Source of the DNA: an uncultured Verrucomicrobiae bacterium
GTDB lineage: Bacteria; Verrucomicrobiota; Verrucomicrobiia; Limisphaerales; UBA11358
Direction: 5' to 3'
Length of the DNA: 64,000 nt
NCBI GenBank assembly: GCA_963802965.1
Contig: CAWDKS010000008.1
Coordinates: 5,053-69,052, forward strand
Both the position numbers and the translations under genes were made by a program. Shown one piece after another: positions 9,310 to 18,733 of the stretch. Positions within the stretch are counted from its first letter, which is position 1; every line of letters starts with the position of its first letter. Under the pieces are notes generated by a model. It searched no databases and was not told where the DNA came from. It was given only the letters and a program-made list of their open reading frames with translations.

Positions 9310-10029
9310 ATGTCCCTGCTTTTGATATTGCTGCTGACCGGCTGCTCAACCGTGACAACGTATAAATCGAACATGGCTGCCGGACCAGCGAAGCCGCTTG
9401 GCTATCCCGTTCTCGTCTATACGGAGGACATGACGGTTCCCCGGCCGTGCGAGGTGATCGGGACGGTTTCCATCGGCGACAGCTACTTCACCATGATTGG
9501 TGGATCGGTCGAAAGCGAGATGGCAAAGGTGATGCGAACCGCCCGGGAAAAGGGCGCCGACGCCGTGCAGATGAAGTCGGTCGAAAAACCGGGTTTTTCA
9601 GATGCGAATTATCACCTGGTGGCCGACCTGCTCCGCTACACGGATATTTGGGAGACCATTGCCATTCCGGAGCAGGAGTTCGCCAATTATCTCGACACAA
9701 ACCGGCGGAACCTCGACCCGATTGAAGGGGTCTGGAACGGGAACGGACAGATTCCGCACCGCATCGGCATCATGAGAGATAATTCAAAGCCGGGCCGGGA
9801 TTTCATCGGCGTTATTCTTAACACGGAAAATCCGACGTGGCACAAAGGCTACAAAAAAATTGACATCCATCGCGGCCCCCAACCCGGAACCTACCTTTTC
9901 GACTACTACCTCGACGATTTCAGCAAACGGGAAACCACCATTATTTTGGGCGCGGGAATGACATTCACGCTGGCCATCCCGACATCTGATGAAAAAACCG
10001 ACCTCATCACCTATTCCAAGAACAGGTAA
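9310..10029 (+). CDS. Lipoprotein with a YbjQ-like (heavy-metal-binding-like) domain
   Basis: Lipobox LLTGC; PRPCEVIGTV...AREKGADAV. The ORF extends upstream to 9235, which may be a relic (see findings). Confidence 0.6.
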   Translation: MSLLLILLLTGCSTVTTYKSNMAAGPAKPLGYPVLVYTEDMTVPRPCEVIGTVSIGDSYFTMIGGSVESEMAKVMRTAREKGADAVQMKSVEKPGFSDANYHLVADLLRYTDIWETIAIPEQEFANYLDTNRRNLDPIEGVWNGNGQIPHRIGIMRDNSKPGRDFIGVILNTENPTWHKGYKKIDIHRGPQPGTYLFDYYLDDFSKRETTIILGAGMTFTLAIPTSDEKTDLITYSKNR

Positions 10030-10043
10030 TTCACGTAAATCCT

Positions 10044-10868
10044 TTGGACCATTCACCGACTGAAATGCCCGCCGCCGAAGTTCCAAAATTCCGCATCGGC
10101 TCGGTGCAATATCTCAACGCCGTGCCGCTCACGCGCGGCATCGAGGACCAGGTCATTTTCGCCACGCCCGCCGAACTCGCCGAAATGCTCCGGCGCGATG
10201 AACTCGACGCCGCGCTCGTCAGCACAGCGGAGGTTTTGCTCACCGACCGCTATGACATTCTCGACGGCGTTGCCATCGCGTCGCTGGGCGAGGTTTACAG
10301 CGTGCTGCTGGCTCATCGCCGGCCTCTCGCGGAGTTAAAGGAGATTTTCTGTCATACCGCGTCGCTGTCGGGCTTGAATCTTTTGAAGGTTCTGCTGGCG
10401 GAACGCGGGTTGAAGCCGGAATTCAAGCCGCTGCCCGACCCGCAAACGGCGGCGGAACACGACGCGGTGCTGCTCATCGGCGATCCGGCGATTGATTTCC
10501 AACGCTCCCGTCCGCCTTCGCGCGATTCCGGCGCGACAAGCACTCCGCACGAAATTTTCGATCTTGGCACGGCATGGTACGAACTGACCCATCTGCCGTT
10601 TGTGTTTGCCGTCTGGGCATTGCGACGCGGCATCGAGAACAAGGAACTGCGCCGCGAACTGCTGGAAGCCAGACAATTCGGCCTCGAAACGCTGGATTAC
10701 CTCATCGAAACCCGCGCGGAATACGACGAGAATTTCCGCCGGGATTACCTCGGCTGGCACGTGCATTACCACCTGGCCTCGGACGAAAAGCGCGGCATTG
10801 CGAAATTCGCAGAACTGCTCCAGAAACACGGGCTGGGGCCGGTGTTTGAACCAAAATATGTTTCGTAA
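10044..10868 (+). CDS. mqnA: Chorismate dehydratase MqnA
   Basis: RIGSVQYLNAVPL, LLIGDPAI, DLGTAWYELTHLPFVFAVW; start uncertain (10044 or 10065). Confidence 0.9.
   Translation: MDHSPTEMPAAEVPKFRIGSVQYLNAVPLTRGIEDQVIFATPAELAEMLRRDELDAALVSTAEVLLTDRYDILDGVAIASLGEVYSVLLAHRRPLAELKEIFCHTASLSGLNLLKVLLAERGLKPEFKPLPDPQTAAEHDAVLLIGDPAIDFQRSRPPSRDSGATSTPHEIFDLGTAWYELTHLPFVFAVWALRRGIENKELRRELLEARQFGLETLDYLIETRAEYDENFRRDYLGWHVHYHLASDEKRGIAKFAELLQKHGLGPVFEPKYVS
10510..10541 (+). repeat. CCGCCTT...CGGCGCGACA repeat, family E, in frame in mqnA
   Basis: Peptide RPPSRDSGATS; siblings at about 29333 and 47378-47446. Confidence 0.65.
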
Positions 10869-10871
10869 AAT

Positions 10872-10933
10872 GGGAGGGTCGCCGTGTCGGCGACCCAAAT
10901 TTTGTTTTGGGATGGCGACACGCCGTCCCTCCC
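10872..10933. repeat. GGAG-type REP doublet, family D, between convergent genes (possible terminator)
   Basis: GGGAGGG...CCCTCCC termini; siblings at 60130-60187 (in metH) and 37267-37290. Confidence 0.82.
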
Positions 10934-10934
10934 G

Positions 10935-11684
10935 TTAATTTTCCTTTTCCAATCGCGCCAGTGTTTCCGGGTCGCGCACGTCCGCCCAGCGGCCTTGAAT
11001 CTCCAGCCCGGCCAGCTTTTGTCCGGCAGCGACCATCGCGCTGATGGCGTCGGTCAATTCGTATTCGCCGCGCGGCGACTTTTGCAGCCGCGCCGTGAAA
11101 CCGAACAGCGCCGGGCGGAAAATATAAATACCCGCGTTATACCAGACCGGCATGTTGGGCTTGAGCCAGCCGTCACGGCGCAATTCTTCCAACTGCTCCG
11201 GCGCCGGTTTTTCCACAAGCCGTTTCAGACAAAATTGTTCGTCGAAAAAATTCACGCCGCCCTTCGCCACGTCCTCGCCGCGCGTGACGGTGATGACGCC
11301 CGCGAAATCGCCTTCGCCGAAACGCCGGAGCATTTGCGGATAGGTTGCGGGTGGAACGAGAATGTCGCCGTAAGTCAGCAGAAACGGCGAGTCGCCGACG
11401 AACTCCTTCGCCACTTCCGGCGCCTTGCCCGTGCCGTCCTGGACGATTTGTCGTCCGAACGCGATGCTTGCATCGAATTTTTTGCCGTTACCAAAATGGT
11501 TTTCGACAATCTCGGCGCGCCAGCCAGTGACGATGAAAATGTCGCGGATGCCAGCCGCCAGAATTCCGGCAACGATGTGCTCGAGGATGGGTTTGCCCTG
11601 GACGCGGAGCATGGGCTTCGGCAACTCATTGGTGAGTTCCCGCATGCGCGTGCCCTTGCCGGCAGCCAGAATCACAGCCTTCAC
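10935..11684 (-). CDS. Sugar-phosphate nucleotidyltransferase
   Basis: MKAVILAAGKGTRM, PKPML, YGD, VEKP, SPRGEYELTDA. Confidence 0.92.
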   Translation of the reverse strand: MKAVILAAGKGTRMRELTNELPKPMLRVQGKPILEHIVAGILAAGIRDIFIVTGWRAEIVENHFGNGKKFDASIAFGRQIVQDGTGKAPEVAKEFVGDSPFLLTYGDILVPPATYPQMLRRFGEGDFAGVITVTRGEDVAKGGVNFFDEQFCLKRLVEKPAPEQLEELRRDGWLKPNMPVWYNAGIYIFRPALFGFTARLQKSPRGEYELTDAISAMVAAGQKLAGLEIQGRWADVRDPETLARLEKEN

Positions 11685-11693
11685 GAGCGAAAT

Positions 11694-11767
11694 TTAACCA
11701 CGGATGGACACGGATGAACACGGATTTTTGAGGCCAGGAAGTTTAAATCTGCACAATCCGCGGTTAA
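11694..11767. repeat. Hairpin of inverted 10-mer repeats (CACGGATGAA-type)
   Basis: TTAACCACGGATGGACACGGATGAACACGGAT ... AATCCGCGGTTAA; overlaps the PfkB stop codon. Confidence 0.78.
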
Positions 11768-12663
11768 AACTTCGTCAGCTTCTCCAATTCCCGGACGCGG
11801 CGGTCAATGTGAGCGCGCTTGATTTTGGTGGTTCGGGTCAGGCCAAAACCTTCACAGCAGAACGAGGCCACGACACTGCCGTAAATCATCGCGCGGCGGA
11901 GGTTCGCCTCCACCGGGCCCCGCGCCGTCGCCAGATGCCCCATCAAACCGCCGGCAAACGAATCGCCCGCGCCGGTCGGGTCCACGAGCTTTTTCAGGGG
12001 ATAGGCCGGCGCGACAAACATGCCGTTTGGCGACGACAAAATCGCGCCGTGTTCGCCCTTCTTGATGATGACATGGCGCGGGCCGAGCTTGTGAAGCCTG
12101 GGCAGCGCGGCAATGACATTGTCTTCCTTCGTCAACTGGTGCGCTTCGCTGTCGTTGAGGATGAACAGGTCCACGCGCTTGAGCAGGCGCAGCAAATCCG
12201 GCAGCGCGATGTTCAGCCACAAATCCATCGTGTCGGCGGCGACAAAGCGCGGACGCGCCATCTGGTCGAGCACGTGGTGTTGGAGCGCGGGCGCGATGTT
12301 CGCCAGCAGAACGAACGACACGCGCCGGTGGGATTCCGGCAGCGTGGGCGTGAAAGTCTCGAACACACCGAGTTCGGTTTCGAGCGTGCGACGGCGGTTC
12401 ATGTTCACCTCGTATTCGCCCGACCAGTGGAAGGTTTTGCCGGGGCAAATTTGCAGGCCTTCAAGGTCAATTTTATGCCGCCGGTAGAGCTGGAGATATT
12501 TCTTCGGAAAATCGTCACCGACGACCCCGATCAATTTGACCGGGCTAAAAAAGCTTGCGGCCACGGCGGCGTGGCTGGCCGACCCGCCCAGCAGGCGCGG
12601 ATTTTCCGCGTTCGGAGTTTTGATGGAATCCAACGCGGTGGAGCCGACAATTAAAACGCTCAT
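11764..12663 (-). CDS. PfkB-family carbohydrate kinase
   Basis: LGGSASHAA, NDSEA, KKGEHGA, DPTGAGDSFAGG. Confidence 0.93.
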   Translation of the reverse strand: MSVLIVGSTALDSIKTPNAENPRLLGGSASHAAVAASFFSPVKLIGVVGDDFPKKYLQLYRRHKIDLEGLQICPGKTFHWSGEYEVNMNRRRTLETELGVFETFTPTLPESHRRVSFVLLANIAPALQHHVLDQMARPRFVAADTMDLWLNIALPDLLRLLKRVDLFILNDSEAHQLTKEDNVIAALPRLHKLGPRHVIIKKGEHGAILSSPNGMFVAPAYPLKKLVDPTGAGDSFAGGLMGHLATARGPVEANLRRAMIYGSVVASFCCEGFGLTRTTKIKRAHIDRRVRELEKLTKF

Positions 12664-12686
12664 GTTAATAATTTTTGAAGCGAAAT

Positions 12687-13409
12687 CTAAGGACGGAATC
12701 GAATAGCTAACATTGTGACTTGTGTGTCACCATCGGGAAGATTTTTTATATCTTGCAACACAAGGGCATCAGCCTCTTTTGAAATAGCAACAGCGGCCAG
12801 TTGTTTGCCCGCCATTCCACTGCTTACGGTTGTGCCTAGAACATCGTAAGGTTTTTCTGGAGAATCAAAATAGCACGAAATACCGTTGATTATCTGCTTG
12901 GGAGATCCTGTTTTAATCGGCCAATCTTGTTGTTTTGCAGTATAAGGTGTGAAATCTATTTTAACAGGGAAGTTTGCCTGCTTGGTAATTTCATCGGCCG
13001 TTTCAAATTTGATGGCAGCATATCTGGCGGTGGTGGCATAGACAGGGACACTTACGGAAGTGCCAAAGGCCGATGCAAAATATGGGTTGCCGGAGGCATA
13101 GGCATTTCCAGTTGTTAGGTTTCCGCGATAAGAAGTATTGGCATCAATAAAAATAAGCGCGTCGGCACCTTTAGACTTGGCGATGCGGGCTGCATCGAAA
13201 CGATCGCGCGTATTAAGTTCGCCAATTATCTTATACTCTTTACTGGGCGCGCTGGAATAAATTGGAATAGCAAGCCCTTCAGTTTCGACTGCGGCGTAGA
13301 TTCCAGTTCTGCCAACTAAAGGTTGTTCCATTGGTGCGAAAACCGTGCGAGGGTTGTAAGCGCAGCCAGCCAATAAGGCAGTTGAAAATGCAAAAATGAT
13401 AATTTTCAT
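12687..13409 (-). CDS. Low-GC lipoprotein with two YbjQ-like repeats
   Basis: Lipobox LAGC; PSKEYKIIG...AKSKGADALI and PEKPYDVLG...AISKEADALV; AT-rich. Confidence 0.62.
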   Translation of the reverse strand: MKIIIFAFSTALLAGCAYNPRTVFAPMEQPLVGRTGIYAAVETEGLAIPIYSSAPSKEYKIIGELNTRDRFDAARIAKSKGADALIFIDANTSYRGNLTTGNAYASGNPYFASAFGTSVSVPVYATTARYAAIKFETADEITKQANFPVKIDFTPYTAKQQDWPIKTGSPKQIINGISCYFDSPEKPYDVLGTTVSSGMAGKQLAAVAISKEADALVLQDIKNLPDGDTQVTMLAIRFRP

Positions 13410-13434
13410 ACGAACTTGTTTTGGATTTTCAGTT

Positions 13435-13830
13435 TTAGTAGCCGCCTTTGCCCTTTTGGATCAATTCGATTTCGTAGCCTTCCGGCGCGTCAACGAACGC
13501 GAAGACCGTGCCGGTGGAAGTGGTCGTCGGGCCGTCGGAATATTTCAGGCCGTGTTTTGCCAGATTCCGGCCGAACTCCTCAAGGCTGTCCACCTCGAAA
13601 GCCAGATGCGTGAGGTCGGGCTGCACCTGCACCGGGCCGCCAGCCGGAAAACTGCAGATTTCAATCTCTTCGTCGCTGGCGGGCGCCTTGAGAAAAACGA
13701 GTTCGGAGCCGCGCGGCGATTTGTGCCGCTTGATTTCCTGAAGGCCCAGCACGTCGCGGTAAAACTTGAGGGTGCGTTCCAGATCGTTCACGCGGTAGCG
13801 CGTGTGCAGCAGCTTGTTGACCTTGCTCAT
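13435..13830 (-). CDS. VOC family protein / lactoylglutathione lyase
   Basis: LLHTRYRVNDLERTLKFY, HLAFEV, APEGYEIELI. Confidence 0.88.
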   Translation of the reverse strand: MSKVNKLLHTRYRVNDLERTLKFYRDVLGLQEIKRHKSPRGSELVFLKAPASDEEIEICSFPAGGPVQVQPDLTHLAFEVDSLEEFGRNLAKHGLKYSDGPTTTSTGTVFAFVDAPEGYEIELIQKGKGGY

Positions 13831-13848
13831 GTGCGAAGTTTTAACAAG

Positions 13849-13933
13849 TCCAATGTCCAAAGTGCAATGTCCAAAGTGCGCCGCATTGTTTGACTTTGGA
13901 CTTTAGACTTTGGATTTTAGAGTTTAGAATTTG
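13849..13933. repeat. Hairpin of inverted heptamer repeats (TCCAAAG / GACTTTG)
   Basis: Four heptamers, a spacer, then six complementary heptamers between divergent genes. Confidence 0.8.
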
Positions 13934-13937
13934 ATTT

Positions 13938-14438
13938 ATGGGCAAACGCCGTGAAGCGCGCGAACGCGCCGTGCAATTTTTGTTTCAGCACGATTTGAAT
14001 CCGCCGGAGGATTTGGACCGGGCGCTCAATGAATTTTGGGACACACAACGCGCGGCGGCCATCGCCGAGGAAAAAGGCCCGGCGACGTGGGGCCAGCCCC
14101 ACGAACTGCCGCCGCCCACCGCCGGGGAGGCCGAGACGCGGTTGTTTGCCGACCCGCTCATCCGCGGCGTGGTCGAGCACCGCGAGGAAATTGACACGCG
14201 CATCCGGGGACACGCGAAAAACTGGGAGTTCCATCGCATCGCCACGGTGGACCGCAACATCATGCGGCTGGCGATTTACGAAATGCTGTTCCGCGAGGAC
14301 ATCCCGCCCATCGTCAGCATCAACGAGGCGGTGGATATTGCCAAAAAGTTTTCCACGCAGGACAGCGGCAAGTTCGTCAATGGCATCCTGGACAAGGTGA
14401 AGGGCGAATTGTTGCGCCCTGCCAGAATTGTGAAATGA
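13938..14438 (+). CDS. nusB: Transcription antitermination factor NusB
   Basis: RREARERAVQFLFQ, DRNIMRLAIYE, INEAVDIAKKFS, FVNGILD. Confidence 0.95.
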   Translation: MGKRREARERAVQFLFQHDLNPPEDLDRALNEFWDTQRAAAIAEEKGPATWGQPHELPPPTAGEAETRLFADPLIRGVVEHREEIDTRIRGHAKNWEFHRIATVDRNIMRLAIYEMLFREDIPPIVSINEAVDIAKKFSTQDSGKFVNGILDKVKGELLRPARIVK

Positions 14439-15280
14439 AATTCGCCGATCTCCATCTGCACACGAATTTTTCCGACGGCACGTTTTCGCCGGAGGAGCTG
14501 GCCGGACACGCCCAGCGGCTCGGCTTCGCGGCGCTCGCGTTGACAGACCATGATTCGGTCGAAGGCTGCGCGCGCATGGCGGCGGTTTGCGGCGCGGCGG
14601 GCATTGAATTTATCACCGGCACGGAACTCACCGCCGAGCACAACGACACCGAACTTCATCTGCTCGGCTATTTCGTGGACACGCAAAATGAAAAATTCCT
14701 CGTGGATATCGCCCGGTTCCAGGGCGTCCGGCAGGACCGCATCCGCGAGATGGTGGCGCGCCTCAACAAATTGAACGTGCCATTGGAGGTGGAAACCGTT
14801 TTTGCGCTGGCCAATTGCAAATCACCCGGACGCCCGCACGTCGCGCGCGCCCTCGTGCAGGCCGGGCTTTGCAAATCGCTCGACGAGGCGTTCGAGCGTT
14901 TTCTCAAAAAAAACCGTCCGGCGTGGGTGCCCAAGGCCAAGATGTCCGCGCTCGAAGGTGTCGAGTTGATTCATCAGGCCGGCGGGCTGGCGGTGATGGC
15001 GCACCCCGGCTTGAACCGCACGGACGATGTCATCCCCGTGCTCGTGGACGCCGGGCTGGACGGCATCGAATGTTTTCACACGAAACACTCGACGGCGACG
15101 TCCGCGCGCTATCTGGAAATCGCCGGCAAATTTCATCTGCTCGTGACGGGCGGCTCCGACTGCCACGGCTTCAGCAAGGGCAAACCGCTCATCGGCACCG
15201 TCAAGCTGCCTTATGAACACGTGGAAAAATTGAAGCAGAAACACGATGAAGCGTTGAAGAGTTTAAGCGTTAGACCGTGA
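14435..15280 (+). CDS. PHP-domain phosphoesterase
   Basis: DLHLHTNFSDG, TDHD, GRPHVARAL, AHP, TGGSDCHG. Confidence 0.92.
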   Translation: MKFADLHLHTNFSDGTFSPEELAGHAQRLGFAALALTDHDSVEGCARMAAVCGAAGIEFITGTELTAEHNDTELHLLGYFVDTQNEKFLVDIARFQGVRQDRIREMVARLNKLNVPLEVETVFALANCKSPGRPHVARALVQAGLCKSLDEAFERFLKKNRPAWVPKAKMSALEGVELIHQAGGLAVMAHPGLNRTDDVIPVLVDAGLDGIECFHTKHSTATSARYLEIAGKFHLLVTGGSDCHGFSKGKPLIGTVKLPYEHVEKLKQKHDEALKSLSVRP

Positions 15281-15319
15281 ACGCCGCTTCAACGCTTGAA
15301 CCCTTCAACGCTTTAACGC
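15244..15319. repeat. Hairpin of inverted octamer repeats (CGTTGAAG / CTTCAACG)
   Basis: Left arm 15244-15274 lies inside the PHP 3' end; right arm 15288-15319 abuts the ftsY start. Confidence 0.75.
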
Positions 15320-15320
15320 G

Positions 15321-16256
15321 ATGAATTTGTTCCAAAAATTCAAAGCCGGCCTGCAAAAAACCCACAGCCAGCTGGCCCGCGAAATTAAGCGCATCGTCAC
15401 GCGCTCGCCGAAGCTGGACGCGGCATCGCTGGAAGAACTTGAAGCCGCGCTCATTGCCGCCGACCTCGGCCCAACCGTGACGGCGCAGATCGTCGCCGCT
15501 GTCAAACAAGCCTACGAATCGCAGGGAACGACCGGCCACGACGTGTTCGCCATCGCGCGTGCTGAAGTCGAAAAGAATCTTTTGACGGACACGCCCGGCT
15601 TGATCAAGGCCGCGCATGGGCCGACCGTGGTTTCCGTCGTTGGCGTCAACGGCACGGGCAAGACCACCACGGCCGCCAAGCTCGCGCACCTGATTCAATC
15701 GCAGAAGAAAACCGCCTTGCTGGCCGCGTGCGACACGTTTCGCGCGGCGGCGATTGAGCAGATCAAATTGTGGGGACAACGATTGAAGGTCGAAGTCATT
15801 GCCGGCGCTTACGGCGCGGACGCGGCGTCCGTGGCGCACGACGCCGTCACCGCCGCGCAAGCGCGCAAGGCGGATTACCTCTTCATTGACACGGCGGGCC
15901 GCCTGCACACGAAGCACAACTTGATGCAGGAATTGCAGAAGCTCCATCGCGTCATCGGCAAGCAGCTCGCTGGCGCGCCGCACGAGGTGCTGCTGGTGCT
16001 CGACGCGACGACCGGCATGAACGCGCTGAACCAGGCGCGCGAATTCCACAAGGCCGTGCCGCTCACCGGCCTGGTGGTGACCAAGCTCGACGGCACGAGC
16101 AAAGGCGGCATGGTGGTGGCGATCCAGCAGGAACTCGGCCTGCCCATCAAATTCATCGGCCTCGGCGAGCAGCCGGACGATTTGCAGCCCTTCGATGCCA
16201 AACAGTTCGCGGAGGCATTGTTTGCGGATGAAGGATTCGCGGGCAAGCGCGATTGA
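15321..16256 (+). CDS. ftsY: Signal recognition particle receptor FtsY
   Basis: GVNGTGKTTT, DTFRAAA, DTAGRLH, TKLDGTSKGG. Confidence 0.96.
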   Translation: MNLFQKFKAGLQKTHSQLAREIKRIVTRSPKLDAASLEELEAALIAADLGPTVTAQIVAAVKQAYESQGTTGHDVFAIARAEVEKNLLTDTPGLIKAAHGPTVVSVVGVNGTGKTTTAAKLAHLIQSQKKTALLAACDTFRAAAIEQIKLWGQRLKVEVIAGAYGADAASVAHDAVTAAQARKADYLFIDTAGRLHTKHNLMQELQKLHRVIGKQLAGAPHEVLLVLDATTGMNALNQAREFHKAVPLTGLVVTKLDGTSKGGMVVAIQQELGLPIKFIGLGEQPDDLQPFDAKQFAEALFADEGFAGKRD

Positions 16257-16300
16257 GGCTTGTCCAAGGCAGTTCTGACCTATAGAAAATGCCCCAGCGC

Positions 16301-18508
16301 ATGAATCCATTCACCCGCCGCGTTTTATTTTTTCTTTTCTTTTTGTCCGGGTTTTGCGGACTCGTCTATCAAGTGGTCTGGACCCGGATGGCGTTCGCTT
16401 CGTTCGGGATCATCACCCCGGTGCTTTCCATCGTCCTCTCGGTGTTCATGCTGGGCCTGTCCGCAGGGGCCTGGGCCGGCGGACGATTCATCGTTCCATT
16501 GACCCGGAAAACCGGACTCTCGGCGGTCATCTTTTACGGGTCGGTGGAACTGGTGATCGGGCTGGGTGCCTTTGCGGTCCAGAAATTGTTTGCCTTGGGC
16601 GAACACTTGTTGCTGGGCACCGGCGAAACCAATTCCTTCGCCTACCTTTCACTATCGGCGCTGGTGCTGGCCGCCTCGATTCTGCCCTGGTGTCTTTGCA
16701 TGGGGACGACCTTTCCTTTGATGATGGCTTTCATCCGGGAGCGGGATTCCCGGAACACGGACAGTTTCAGTTTTCTTTATCTGGCCAATGTGCTCGGGGC
16801 GATGACCGGGACGTTCATGACAGCCATTGCCTGGATCGAGGTCATGGGGTTCCACCACACGCTCTGGCTGGCGGCGGCGGGCAACTTCACCATCGCGTTC
16901 ATCAGCTTCTGCCTGGGCTGGGAACAGCGGTTCGCCGCCATTCCCGCGGAAGCAACGGACCACGCCGAATCCTCCGCCGGTTCGTCCGCTCTCCCGGCCC
17001 GCCGGAACGGGATGACCCGTATGATCCTGTTCTCGACGGGTTTTGTGGCGATGGCGACGGAGGTGGTCTGGACCCGGGCCTTCACGCCGGTCTTGAAAAC
17101 GCAGGTTTATTCCTTTGCCCTGATCGTTTTCACTTATCTGGGGGCCACTTTCTTCGGTTCGTTGATGTATCGCCGAAACCTTCGGCAGCGGCGTTTGTTT
17201 TCAACGGTGGAATTGATTGCTGGTCTGACGGTGGCGGCATTTTTGCCCGTGCTGTTCAACGATCCCCGGCTGGTAACGGCTCACTGGGCCGGGTGGGCTT
17301 ACCCCCGCAGCGTGTTCATTCTGCTGGCCAGCATTTGTCCGTTCTGTGCCGTGCTGGGATATTTGACGCCGGGTTTGATTGACGGATACGCCACCGGTCA
17401 TCCGGCAAGCGCCGGTGCGGCCTATGCCATCAATGTCCTCGGCTGCATCCTGGGACCGCTTTTCGCCTGTTATATTCTGCTGCCCCATTTGAGCGAGCGC
17501 CACGCCTTGATTTTGCTCAACCTGCCGTTCGTGGTTTTTTTCATCCTGCTCGGCGGCCACCAATCCCGGCGGCGGCGCCTCGGCTGGGGACTGGCCATCG
17601 GCATCGTGCTGGCCTGCTCGCTGTTTGTCTCGGAAGACTTTGAAAACATGCTGTTCCGCAGCCAGAAACACACTGCGGTCCGGCGCGACTACGCTGCTTC
17701 GGTGATTTCCTTCGGCGAAAACCGGGACAAACATCTTCTGGTCGATGGCGTTGGCATGACGGGGCTGACTCCCATCACCAAGTTCATCGTCCACTTGCCA
17801 CTGGCTTTTCACATGGGCCGGCCCCAGTCGGCTCTGGTCATTTGTTTCGGCATGGGCACGACTTATCGTTCGGCTTTGAGCTGGAACATTGAAACGACGA
17901 CCGTGGAATTGGTGCCCAGTGTGACCAAGGCGTTCGGGTTCTATCACGCGGACGCGGACCGTTTCCTCACCAATCCTCTGGGTCACATCATCATCGACGA
18001 TGGCCGGCGCTACCTGAAACGGACTTCGAAAAAGTTCGACGTCATCACGGTGGACCCGCCGCCGCCGGTTGAAGCGGCAGGTTCCAGCCTCCTTTTTTCC
18101 AGGGAATTCTATGCCATCGCCCGGCAACACTTGAACCCCGGCGGTGTTCTTCAGATGTGGTTTCCCGGCGGGGAACTCCTCACCGAACAAGCCGTCATCC
18201 GGTCCATCCACGAGTCGTTTCCCCATGTTCGCTGTTTTCGTTCCGTGGAAGGATGGGGAATCCACTTGCTGGCTTCCTCGGAACCCATCGAACGACTCGA
18301 CGCGAATCAGCTCGCGGCGCGGATGCCCGAAAGCGCGAAGCAGGACCTTTTGGAATGGAACGACTCCCAGGATGCCCCGGCTTATATCGGGCGGGTTATT
18401 AACAATGAAGTTTCTGTCCCCGAGCTCCTCAACCCCGACCCTGAAGTCGAAGTCACCGACGACCAGCCCTACAATGAATATTTTCTGCTGCGAGTTCTGC
18501 TGCGTTGA
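16301..18508 (+). CDS. Fused multi-TM / spermidine-synthase-like protein
   Basis: SGFCGLVYQVVWTR and MGTTFP in about 12 TM segments, then a Rossmann-like domain (FGMGTT, VELVP, DDGRRYL, DVITVDPPPP). Confidence 0.8.
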   Translation: MNPFTRRVLFFLFFLSGFCGLVYQVVWTRMAFASFGIITPVLSIVLSVFMLGLSAGAWAGGRFIVPLTRKTGLSAVIFYGSVELVIGLGAFAVQKLFALGEHLLLGTGETNSFAYLSLSALVLAASILPWCLCMGTTFPLMMAFIRERDSRNTDSFSFLYLANVLGAMTGTFMTAIAWIEVMGFHHTLWLAAAGNFTIAFISFCLGWEQRFAAIPAEATDHAESSAGSSALPARRNGMTRMILFSTGFVAMATEVVWTRAFTPVLKTQVYSFALIVFTYLGATFFGSLMYRRNLRQRRLFSTVELIAGLTVAAFLPVLFNDPRLVTAHWAGWAYPRSVFILLASICPFCAVLGYLTPGLIDGYATGHPASAGAAYAINVLGCILGPLFACYILLPHLSERHALILLNLPFVVFFILLGGHQSRRRRLGWGLAIGIVLACSLFVSEDFENMLFRSQKHTAVRRDYAASVISFGENRDKHLLVDGVGMTGLTPITKFIVHLPLAFHMGRPQSALVICFGMGTTYRSALSWNIETTTVELVPSVTKAFGFYHADADRFLTNPLGHIIIDDGRRYLKRTSKKFDVITVDPPPPVEAAGSSLLFSREFYAIARQHLNPGGVLQMWFPGGELLTEQAVIRSIHESFPHVRCFRSVEGWGIHLLASSEPIERLDANQLAARMPESAKQDLLEWNDSQDAPAYIGRVINNEVSVPELLNPDPEVEVTDDQPYNEYFLLRVLLR

Positions 18509-18733
18509 TCTTCCCAACTCCCCTGGCAATTTTGATCCAGGCGAATGCCTTCCGGTTGGGAAACCTCAATTCCAGGGGCACACTCCCCTGAAGCGTTTTT
18601 CGGTGATGCAGATTTGTGATGTTCAAAATCCGTGCCCCTCCGTCCCGTATTGCGGGATCCGTGGTTGATTTTCATTCCGGCTCGCAACCCTTTCCGTTTG
18701 AGCCTGTTCCCGTCAACGGCTACGCTGCGCACG

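Noticed and set aside
18510-18733. FMN riboswitch upstream of ribD
   Set aside because: No RFN consensus visible; a promoter abuts the start codon, and the region holds repeat remnants.
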